Shown: positions 12,401 to 24,100 of the stretch, in pieces
Layout of the letters: each line of letters opens with the position of its first letter
Position numbering within the stretch: the stretch's first letter is position 1
Source of the DNA: Diadema antillarum
Taxonomy: Eukaryota
Reading direction: 5' to 3'
DNA: 64,000 bases
Assembly: GCF_040938485.1 (NCBI RefSeq)
Contig: NW_027271014.1
Span: 2,294,001 to 2,358,000, forward strand
Program-made: the position numbers and the translations under genes
Notes under the pieces: generated by a model
The model's database searches: none
Told to the model about the DNA's origin: nothing
What the model saw: only the letters and a program-made list of their open reading frames with translations

Positions 12401-15400
12401 TCAGATTTCTATGCAACCTGCCCTCTCTCATTAACGTTTGACCTTTGCAGAACACATCCTTGACCTTTACCTCAGACACGTTGGCCAGGACCAGAGTGTT
12501 GAGCATGGACCTGAGACTCTTCAGACAGGTCTGTTTGAGTCCATCCAGGACCAGGGCATCCATGTGGTCCACGTATTCCTCCCAGGCAGGGGAGGCCCGG
12601 CTGATCTGGACGACCTCAAAGCTGTTCTGGAGCAGGGCGTGGATGCGCAGGCCTGACGGCTTGATCAATCGCTCAATCTCGTCATCAAGCTCTCTGTGTG
12701 TGTAGTCAGAAAAAGGACAGTTAGAGAAGTGATAAAAGTACATATTATAAACAACAATATGGCAATGAAAGTAAAGATTAACAGAAAGATAATAATCACT
12801 TACCACCATCAGCAGCAGCAGCATTTTCATCAGAACAACAAAATACAATAAAACACAATATGGAATTATCAAACATGGCAAAATTGTTAAACTAACATGA
12901 CTTCAAGAGGCAAAAGCTATATGTCCATCCGCCCCCTTCTTTTTTTCTTTTCAATGTAAAGGGATAATGTGACTCTGTTAAGAAGATATGGGTTCAATGG
13001 TTGTGTAGCAATAACATCCTTTCAGTCTTTGAGAAGACATGTGGGGTTCCAAGTTTAATGACATACAATGCATTGAGAATGAAGCACAGTTTCAAAAAGC
13101 AAAATGTAATACTCTTCAAGTATTGTCCCCTGACCTTTGCCAATCCAGGAGTCTGTTCATGGAGTAGCTCAGCGAGGGCAACCTGCACTCAAAGACGTCC
13201 AGCGCGCCGCTTGACCACTTCTGGGTGACCTCCACCATCTCCTGGCAGTTAGACTGGACAATGGCCAGTGTCCGGTGGAGGTCAGCACCGACCAGGGCTG
13301 AAGCCAGCTCGATGAAGTCAGCACTCTCTGTCGTCTTCCATGTGTAGTGGTTCAGGCCTTGCTCCAACAACTGAATGGAATTATAATTGAAAAGACATGG
13401 TAAAGTTGGTGGCCCATTCAAATATGTAAGAAACTCTTTTAACATTCTCTCGTGAACATTATGCCTCCTTATCTAGCAATATTGGTGGTGATTTAGAACC
13501 AAGTTTACAATTTTGTGAGGAGCATACGAATGGTGATGCATTCAAAAGACACATGCATTTCATATCATATGCGAGTTTTCATGCCTGCATTCATACCTAT
13601 TCTTTTTTTTTTTCAGTAAATATCATCAGAGCATTTCTTATTCCTAAACATTGTTCCAAAATTTCTTTTTACAAGAAAAACATTTCATGAAGAATTGTGG
13701 AAAAATAAAAAAACAAAACTGCCACTTATTATACATTATAGTATTCTGCTGATACATATGCCCTTCTGTGTTCACTAGAAACTTGCAAAGTGGGAAAGTA
13801 GGCAGCAAAACAAGATCTAGCTGGAAGGCAGTAATATAACTCACATGGTCAATCTTGCCCAGCTTGCGCTCAAACAGCGGCCTCTCAAAGTCCACAATGG
13901 AGCGCATAGCCTGGTTGTACTTGGAGACGATGGTCTCCAGACGGGCAGCCGTGGTGCGCAGCGTGGCCCCATCGGTGTGTCGCAGCAGCTCCCTGACGCC
14001 GTCTGGCAGCTTGACGTTGAAGGGCGCCTGGGCCAGGTAATGGACCTCACGGAGCAAGAGCAGGAGCTCTGGGTCCAGGTTGACGTGCAACACTTGGGGC
14101 CTGAGCTCAGTCTCTTCGTCGTAGTCCTCAGCAGTCTGTAACAGCACAAAGATTAACACATGGCACATATACATACCACCATACTTGTAAGCATCAATGC
14201 ACAGTTGAACACCTTTTAATGTTTTACAAAAAGTTCACTAAGTGCAAAAATTATCATTTCCTTTTCTACACATTGAGATAAAATTATGCCCTGTCCAAAA
14301 ATATTCTTCAAATTGCACTTTCTGTATTAAAAACTTGGTTTGTCCAAGTAAATGTGTTCAAAAAAGTAAGAATTCATCCAAAAGAGAAAAAATAGAAGAC
14401 ACTTGACTGTGATAATGCAGTATTCACACTAATCCAGCCACCCACCAAATTGTACAAGCTTATAATGTACTTAGAAGCAGAGTGAATGCACAAAAACTAA
14501 TCAAACTAAAGATTGCTAATAAGGAGAGCTTATTAACTGTTTTTTCCCAGTGGTACAATAAAATGCACTAACCAGTAAGGGCTGTTTCAGTCTGTCCCTC
14601 AGTTCAGCGTGTAACATACGCTGCCAGTCACTGACACTCTTTGCCTCGTACTTATCCAGGTCACTCATGGTGTCATTGAAGACGTCCCTCAGATGCCAGC
14701 CAGCATCCCCGTCCAGGGAGTGTGGACTGATCCTCCTCAGTTTCTCCATAGGTTCCTGAAGGAAAAACAAGATATTCCACTTCAGTTGAGGAGGGGGAAC
14801 ATATTGAGGGTGAGCATATTTCTACAGTGTGTACATCACTTGCGTGATTTATACTGAGCTTCACAGAAAAATATAAATGTGATCTTGCTGGAATAATGAA
14901 ACATTCAATTCCTCCTACTAAGACAGCACTAAAAAACCAACTTCAACGAAGTATTAACACTGTGGGAACTTAGATAAGTTAATGTTAATCATGAAAGCCA
15001 GCTTTAGAAGAGAAGTAAAGAAAGGATTGATCACTAATAACATCAACTAAGTGTTTGTTTTTCCCCTTTTCTTGTACACCAATTGGACAACAAATTAATA
15101 GCCAGGCTTGAATCTACACTTCTGCCTGAAAATTGGCATCCCTGATAAGATAATCTCACCTTTATCCTCTTCTTCAGGGCTCCGACCCAGGTCAGCTTAC
15201 AGACGATGGGAGGAAGGTTGGCATGGAGTGGAGGTTCCTGGGACTTGGCGATGAACATGGTGCGCACGGCGATCAGCTCATTGGTGAAGGAGCTGATCAG
15301 GGCCTGGTCCTTGTCCTTGAGGTATTCCTGGACCATCTCCCGACCGCTCACCCCCTCAAAGACCTCCAGGAGGCGTAGCTGGGAGCCGATGGTGGGGCAC

Positions 15401-16884
15401 TGGCAAAAGCTCTGCCGCAGCACACTAGCAAGCCGCCTCTCCAGGTCCTGTGGCAGTCAATTATCAAGAATTATTGCAACAACTCCAGAAGATTACAGCA
15501 AAGTAATTGTACACACATTATCATTTCCTTTAGTGAACAGAAATTACAGATTTCTAGCACCACTGTATAGCTGACATAGCAATGCTGTCATGTAATGTCA
15601 GCAATCAACTATTATCTTCAAACTACTTTTTTTCTTCTGTTTTTTTTAGGATACAGTGAAATTCCAACCACATACAATCTTGATAATTCCTGGTTCTGAG
15701 GGTTTTTTTTTCCATGAGTAGATAATAGTTTTGTTGTTGTTGTTGTTTTTCTTTTTCTTTTTTTTCCCCTTTTTTTTTAATTTGCAGTATTTATTTTCAA
15801 ATGTCCATTACAGCACTGATTATATGAATAGACTTTCTGTAAAACCACTACAGTGATATTTTTTTTCTGGTTCATTTTGCAAAAAGCTCAATGAAACCAT
15901 TCACACATTTGGCAAACATTAAAAAGTCTAGTTAAACACACCTGATTATGACTTATTAACCAAATCCCACTATGGTTCAATTATCTCGTAACACAAAAAT
16001 ACTGCTCAATCAATTGAAAACCAAAGAGGTAATGCTTAACATCCTGCTTCACAACAAATTCAAGGAGATGTCCTTGAAACCCCATCACAGTATCTCTCTC
16101 ACCTTGACCACAGAGCGGAACATGAAGAATGACTTCTCAAAGGCCTGGCTTTCAGTGATGTCCAGAATGTCGTTGACCTCGGACCCAAAGTGCTCCATGG
16201 AGGCGGTGAACTCTTGGTGGATCTCCCTGACGAGGGCGTCGAGGCTCTTGGTCCCGGCCCCGCCCACCTCAGCAGCCTTCTGCAGCAGGTTGAAGTGACG
16301 TGTAGTCTGCACCAGCTCTAGGAGGTCATTGCACCTTTGAAAGACAAAAGAAAAAGATCTTTATTATAGACCTGAAAGATTTCTGAGATGTCTACTGCAT
16401 TGGATAAAGCAAGAATTATACTTCTGAAAAGAAGTTGATAATACCAAATTAAAGATATTGGACGTAATGAACAGGCAAAATCAGAAGCGATAATTTTTCT
16501 TTTTTATATCAATGAGCAATATTTGCTACAGTCTTGAAGTGGAAGAAAACTTTCTCCAAAGTCAATTTGCAACACATTGTCTTGCAACACATTATCAGAC
16601 GACAACCATGCATATTCTCAACATTATTTTGTTATATAACGATCACAGTAAGTGCATTAGCGCATGAAAGTTTAAAGCCTTACAATCGTGGTGAGTGGTT
16701 TGTGTGGCACGGAGACTAACGCAACACGCTGCCTCCCCCCATTCTGTATCAAATGTCGTGACACCGAATGAGAATAGCGCTGGCTCAATGGGTCAGCAGA
16801 CACACACTGGTCTAAAAATCACCTGACCCAAAATGTCTGTCCGAGCCACCAGAGCTTCCGAAGGGATCCGAATGGACGCACACT

Positions 16885-16954
<70 letters not shown>

Positions 16955-18139
16955 TTGTGCACATTTCACTCATGGGCACAGAACCGGTTAAATCACATGA
17001 ACAATGTCTGAGACATGGGTCAAACAGTAATAGTACAGTCTGCTCCTCCATGCCGTCAATCCCTCGTTTGAGGCGAGTCCCCAACTGGGGTTACCCAAAG
17101 TGGGGTGCGTATATTTGTCGTTTGGGAGTTGGGAGTCGAAGTACTTGTCCATTGCAAATAAACTTTCTGCTCAGGCGTGACAAACCTGGAGGCCAAGCTA
17201 GGGTTTGATGACTCCAGCAGCTGTCGTATTACGTAAGAGCATGATAAGGATATCCGCCTGTGGCAGACCATTCAAAGTGAACTCAATTTTCTCTATCCTT
17301 TTTAAAGTTTTCAATTTTATATTCTATTGAGAAATTCTATGGTCATCCATTTTACATTTCGAACGGAAAAAATTGACCCGTAAATAACGAAAATACAGGA
17401 ATAAGAAGGAGAGCATTGCCAGTTTGCCGGTGCTATTTGGCAGTGAGTTACAACGGGGAGGTGAGACTACTCCCTGGTTACAATCAGCCTGCTGACTGGA
17501 TCGTTGAGAAAGCAGCTGTCGTATTACGTAAGAGCATGATAAGGATATCTGCCTGTGGCAGACCATTCAAAGTGAACTCAATTTTCTCTATCCTTTCTAA
17601 AGTTTTCAATTTTATATTCTATTGAGAAATTCTATGGTCATCCATTTTACATTTCGAACGAAAAAAATTGACCCGTAAATAACGAAAATACAGGAATAAG
17701 AAGGAGAGCATTGCCAGTTTGCCGGTGCTGACAATGTGCTATTTGGCAGTGAGTTACAACGGGGAGGTGAGACTACCTCCCTGGTTACAATCAGCCTGCT
17801 GACTGGATCATTGAGAAAGCAGCTGTCGTATTACGTAAGAGCATGATAAGGATATCTGCCTGTGGCAGACCATTCAAAGTGAACTCAATTTTCTCTATCC
17901 TTTCTAAAGTTTTCAATTTTATATTCTATTGAGAAATTCTATGGTCATCCATTTTACATTTCGAACGAAAAAAATCGACCCGTAAATAACGAAAATACAG
18001 GAATAAGAAGGAGAGCATTGCCAGTTTGCCGGTGCTGACAATGTGCTATTTGGCAGTGAGTTACAACGGGGAGGTGAGACTACCTCCCTGGTTACAATCA
18101 GCCTGCTGACTGGATCATTGAGAAAGAGAGAGAGAGAGG

Positions 18140-18170
<31 letters not shown>

Positions 18171-21100
18171 CGAGGGGGAGAGAGGGAGGGAGAGGGGGGA
18201 GAGATGGGGGAGGGAGAAGGGGAGAGCAAAATGGAATGACAATAGTTCCGGTCACTACAGTACAGGCATGCTCTGTCTGCATACGCTGAATGTCTACACT
18301 CACACACACACACGTACACACACACACGCACCATGGAGCTACATGGCCCATGCCAAAACCAAAACAATCTCCTCCTCTCGCGGTGCCCCCCCCCCCCCCC
18401 TCCTGTGGTGCTGTGGCGATGACTGATGCTTAGATTAGGCCAGGGTCAAGAAACAGGTGTTTTATATCTTTGACTTTAAGTCATTGATTGCCAAGATATG
18501 CACTGGCATTATTTACTGGGGTGTAGCCTCTTCAAACGAGAGATTTGCGTCATGCCCTCACCTCTCCATGAAGCTGTTGAGGAGGTTGAAGCAAGGGGCG
18601 TTGCGGGGCGGCCAGGGTGAGTCACTCCACTCCTCCTCGTTGATCACCACCGTGCTGTTGGCGCTGGCGTCCCGCCACACCTCGGCCGAGGAGCGGGCCT
18701 GGGGTCGCCGCTGGGTGGTGCTGTAGAGCCGGCTGCTGTACAGGACTCCCTTGGGTGGGTTCAGGTTCCTGGGAGATGAGACGGTTATCATCCAATGTTA
18801 CAGAAAGTAATCCTGCAAAGTAGCTATTTAAGTCTTAGATAAAAAAACTGGGGTATGCCAAAAGCAGCATTGAGCATTTAACACAAAATATATTCTTTTC
18901 ACACTTGTTAAAAAAAAGTATAAAAATAAAACAAGATAAGAAAAGCACATTCGGATAATACTTACTCAAGCTAGCAAGATCACAAATAAAACTGTGTACT
19001 TTAGCCTGTATACACAGAAAACATTTTGTTTCTTAAATCAATCCCTCTAGAAGAACTGCTGAATACACCAGTGGCACTTTCAGGGTTATATCTCACGAAC
19101 GAAGACATTGATTTCTTTGTCTCAGAGGTGCAGCAGTGAGCAATCTGGCCCCTCCCCCTCTGTTTGTGGGGGGGGGGGGGGGGGGGGGGGGGGAGACAAA
19201 AACAGCTAATTATTAAAGAGCCAATACAGGTCTACCATATTCCTACAGCATATTCAAGTAGGTTCTACAGAACAATCAGAGGTACTTGTGTGTAACATGC
19301 TCGTAAAAGTGTAGAATAAATATGTTAAATCATATATGTCATATTTAAAATGATACTGAAACATGAAAGCTTCTCTGCTCCTTTGTTAGACTTATGAAGG
19401 AATATTTATTCAGTTTGTTTTGCTTCTTTTTCTTTCTGTTTCTCCTAGAGCTCCTGCTCAAACGAGATAAGTTGGAGGCTCTGGGTAACATGGACACTGG
19501 ATACACTGATGTACTCACATGGCTTCTGCTGTCTCAGACACCCTCTCAGCATTAATATCATCTGCTCTGTCTTTGGTGTCCAGGTAAGTCCCCCTGTATG
19601 CCGCACAGACCTTGAGGGCCTCCTTCAGTCCAGCGTATGACTGTGTGTCACAGACATTGCTTAGATATTTAGCTCATCGTCTCATGACATGGACATTTTT
19701 TAAACGAGAGTGAGCACCACTACCCATCGCAGAATTAACCCATTCCGCACTGAATTCTGATATGCCCATAGACTTAATACGCAGGCTACCTGGTACCCGT
19801 AGGGAAAGGGTTAACCCTTGATTTCCCTGCAACAAGCCCTACATTTACAGGCGAATTTTGACTTGAAGAAACCCACTGGCATATCACAATTGAACAGTCC
19901 CACACAAACACCCTTATGCTGGTACTATAGCGATGTGAACAATTATGTACCTGTTGTGCAGTAATGTAGTTTTGGTTGGTTTCCCTTATAATACAATACA
20001 CTGTACCTTGATGACTTTTTGGATTCAAGTTTATTTCTCTAATATGAAGACCACAAGCTTGAAATTGCAGATTACCCAACAGGCAACCATTCCACCACAT
20101 GAGTAAATAATTCTTTTTCAAGATGACCTCAACCTCCTGCCTAATAAAGTTTCTTAATTGATCATACTTTTACTTTGTAAGACACTCAGATACCATAAAA
20201 AATAAAATATCAACTGATGCCTGAAATCGATGTAAGCAATAAAGAGAACACATTTAATACAAGCTAGAATGACAAGGTGACAGTAAAGGTTTGACTAGAC
20301 AAGTTGTTGTACCTGTATGGTGTTTTTCAGGATGTTCTCTCCGACCAGTGATTTAGCTCTGGATACCACCTCGTTGGACACTAGCTCCAGAAGGTTGTGG
20401 AACATGTCTGCATTGTGGTAATACCTATTGGTAACGAGAGCGGGAACAAAATGTAAAATCCTCATAGTTGATTATCCACATGCAATGCAGACTAATGGGG
20501 CTCAAGCACTGTTATTCCTTAACTACGCAGAGCTAACCTCTAGCCAATTACTGGGTGGTTACTGCATACACAGCTACATTTCATGCCTAGATATACAATG
20601 TACATTGATACAAAAATTTGTTAATGTACTGTATACATCGTACCTCACATGAGTAAGAACAATTAATAAAGGAAATCTACTAGTCTTTCAATAAACTCCT
20701 GCAAATCAAATACCTATGGATGTATGACAAAGAAACTACTACTTTGACACCAGGCACAAGTTGCCAACCTGTCATGCAATGATAAAAGTTTGTCCTGCTC
20801 TGTAAGCCAATGTCACAACATTCACAAAACACATTTCACAAAAGCCCAATAATGCTTTAAAATAAGAGAGATGAATAATACTCTGATGATATAGGTCTAC
20901 AGATCTATGGTTGATGCAGTTCAAGCCACTTTAATCATGCATCAAATACATCCCAGTTGTATTAAAACAAAAAAGTACCTTGAATGAGACCAAACCAGTA
21001 GCATGGTGTGTACGAGCGGGGGAAAGACTGTCATCAGTTCTTTCGGTGTGCATGCCACGTGCAGACGGTCAAACCAGGGAAGAAGGGTTCCCAGGAACAT

Positions 21101-24100
21101 CAAATTCTCATTAGTCTCAGCCAAAGCCTGAAACAAGCATTTAAAAACAAAATAAGGATCATGCAAACAGCAATCACTAGTTGATATACTGTAATGTATG
21201 TGTATATCTTGATGTGTAGTTTGAAAAAGTAAGAAGTGGTAAACAGATTCTATAGATTCAAAAAGATATGTACACTAGTTGAATAGAACAGAAAAAAAAT
21301 TAAAGAAATTTACTTATGTTGAAAATCTACATGCCAAAGAAAACTTAAAGGCAATGTTGCTCTTATTTTCTCATAATAAAATATATCAAACTAAAAACAG
21401 TTCAGAAAAAAAGTAAGAGGCAAGTCAGCAATTGCCTCCATTATAAGCTACAGGTCGTATTCCCCATCAACTGTCATTTGTGTCACTATTAATTTTTTTT
21501 CTTCTAATTTTGACTTCTCCAGATCTGCCCAATAACTCACCATGCACTCCACTTTCCAAATATCTGAATGTAAGTCTAATGGATTTAATGCCATTTTTGT
21601 TTTAACTGATATCAGAGTTTGAAAGTTAGTAACCAAGTCTTGAGTCAGTAGTGGTCCCCCTTCCCATCCACACAAGAAAATGGGCGAATGACGCCAACCC
21701 CTCGTGGTTTGCCCCAGGTGACTAGCAACAGTCAGCAAACGATATCAACCAGGCACATAGTGCCATGCCATACCGTTGAATGAAGTACAGACTGTAAACT
21801 GCAATATGTTACTCTTTTCTGTATATGTCTAATATCAGCCCCAGTTGACTACTTTCTTCAATCGTTTCACAAAGACTCCAACCTCAAGCACCTTATAATC
21901 TGGAGATTCTCCCGCCTGGAATCCCTAGTAAACAGGAGAGTCCAACTTGATGTGCGCTTTGCACACATCATGAACGCGAAGCGCGAAATTCCTTGCGGCC
22001 TGGGTCCAGCAACCGCTTCGGCCCTGGAAGCTCTAGGGTCCTAGATGCTCTCTTGTGCTATCTAAGGCTTAATTTTCAACATAGACGGTTTTACAATGAA
22101 ATCAAGTAAGAAATCATTTCAAGCGGGAGACACAGAGCCAGGGCGGGAGAAATTAAACCTCAAGCGGGAGAACGGGAGATTTTGCAGAACTGGGCTTTCG
22201 GCGGGAGATCTCCCGTCGAGGCAGGAGAGTTGGAGTCTCTGATTTCAGCTACAATTGATACCCACCTGACTGATCTCCCGCCTGACGTTGTGGAAGGAGT
22301 GGGAGTAGGTGCTGTTGGCATCATCCAGGTTCAGGAGGATGTTACTGGCGATGGCTGAGTCCAGCTGCCTGTTGATGGAGATGAGCTTGGCCTGACGCTG
22401 CCTCCAAAGCTCCACCTCATCCAGTGGGAAGGGACGCACGCCAAACTTGTCCCGCAGGTCGTAGAGGGGGTCGTGCCTCAGAACAAGCTACACCGGATGA
22501 AAAGGCCAATATAAAAATATGAGAGAAAGTGAAGTGCATTTCATTTACTGTAAACACCATAAATTCAACAAGTCTAATTTTTTACAAATTAGGCCTTCCG
22601 TCAATTTTGCCAGTGGTTAAATGCGCAATGACATCGTACAGTTTTATTATGCACCTTGTTTGTAATGTGCTGCATATTTGTAAATTTAATTATTATATTT
22701 CCATCTCAATCATGTCAAAACGTCTGGCCTGGATGAGAATTTACACATTTTTTTTTAAATTTGCGAAAGTCACTAGACTTTCCAAAATTGCAAAAATAAA
22801 AAACACAACGAAATATATGGCATATACAGTAGATACAAACTTCAAGAGTCTGCAGACTGTGTTAGCTAGCAAAAGTTTGATAGTCCACAGCGCAAAAGCC
22901 ATAAGAAATAAGGAAAGCTCAACACAGACAATTCTATGTTAGAAAGTGTCTCATGCATTGTAGGTTTTATACTGACCTTAATCTGCTTGATCCAACCAAC
23001 CACAGTAGACTCCAGAACATGTATGACCGCTGACCGCCGGTTCATGCTGGCCGCCGCCTCCGTCAGTACCTCAATGGATGGCAACGGCAGGCTGATTCGA
23101 CCCTGTCGAGGAAATTCATAACATAAAGCTTATAGAGTAAAGCAGGAATTTGTTCCTTCCTTAATCATAAAAGATATTACAAGAAGAACATTTTTCCCGT
23201 AGCTGTTGTTGTGACATATTTGTCAACCTTCTTGGCAATCCACAGTAAATAATTCTCCTATGAAAGATATTTCAGTCCTATTTGAATTAACCATATTTCA
23301 ATTTATTCAAATCTAAACTCAGGTGTGTGTAATCAGAACTCGGGTAACGTAAGTGCAGCAGTAATGGTGATTAACAAGCGGAGATATATATCATAATAAT
23401 CATCGAAGTGCCTTATCCCACAGTGAATGACCGATTCTGATTTTATTACACTGTATTAGATGGGACCCACAGACCGGCACAGTGAAATTGAAGATGTCCA
23501 TTACTCAAATGCGAGCTATCAGGGAACAGTTTCTGTATGAATGACAAAGATGGTGACTGACAATTCACTACACATCATTGTACTTTGTTTACATTAGCCC
23601 ACAAAGAACTGCTGTTTTTGTCAATACATTGTACAACACAAAACCAAGACAAACACAGTGATACTGAAGAGATCAATTATAAATGAAAACTACATACAGA
23701 GACATGCAAATCTTGGGAATCTAAAGAGCTCACCTCAACATGTCCCTCAGTGACATTTGTGTTGGCCATGAGGCGATGGAGAATGTCCATGAGTTTATCA
23801 GAGCTGACTCCTCCATAGGTCTGCACACCATCGGTGCAAAGCAAGGGGAGGTATACCTGATCGAGACAAATAGAGAAAGGTAAAAGAGCAAAATGTAAGA
23901 TATTGCCTGGTATATGCGGCAAGCTTTACTCACCATAATGCTTTCATAGGAGACTTCATTTCCAAAATGCATGCCTGTTATCAAGCATTACTTAATTGAA
24001 ATACACCAAGCAACAAAGGAAACATAAAAAGATGTAACGACACAAACCAAATTCTTGTACCAGTATTATACTGTCAAGGACAAGATATTCAAAGAACTAT

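Noticed and set aside
17216-18124. Repeat array as CRISPR or as coding repeats (ORFs MVCHRQISLSC...)
   Set aside because: Units are ~300 bp and near-identical throughout with no unique spacers; the context is a eukaryotic intron, and the ORFs recur only because the DNA is repeated.
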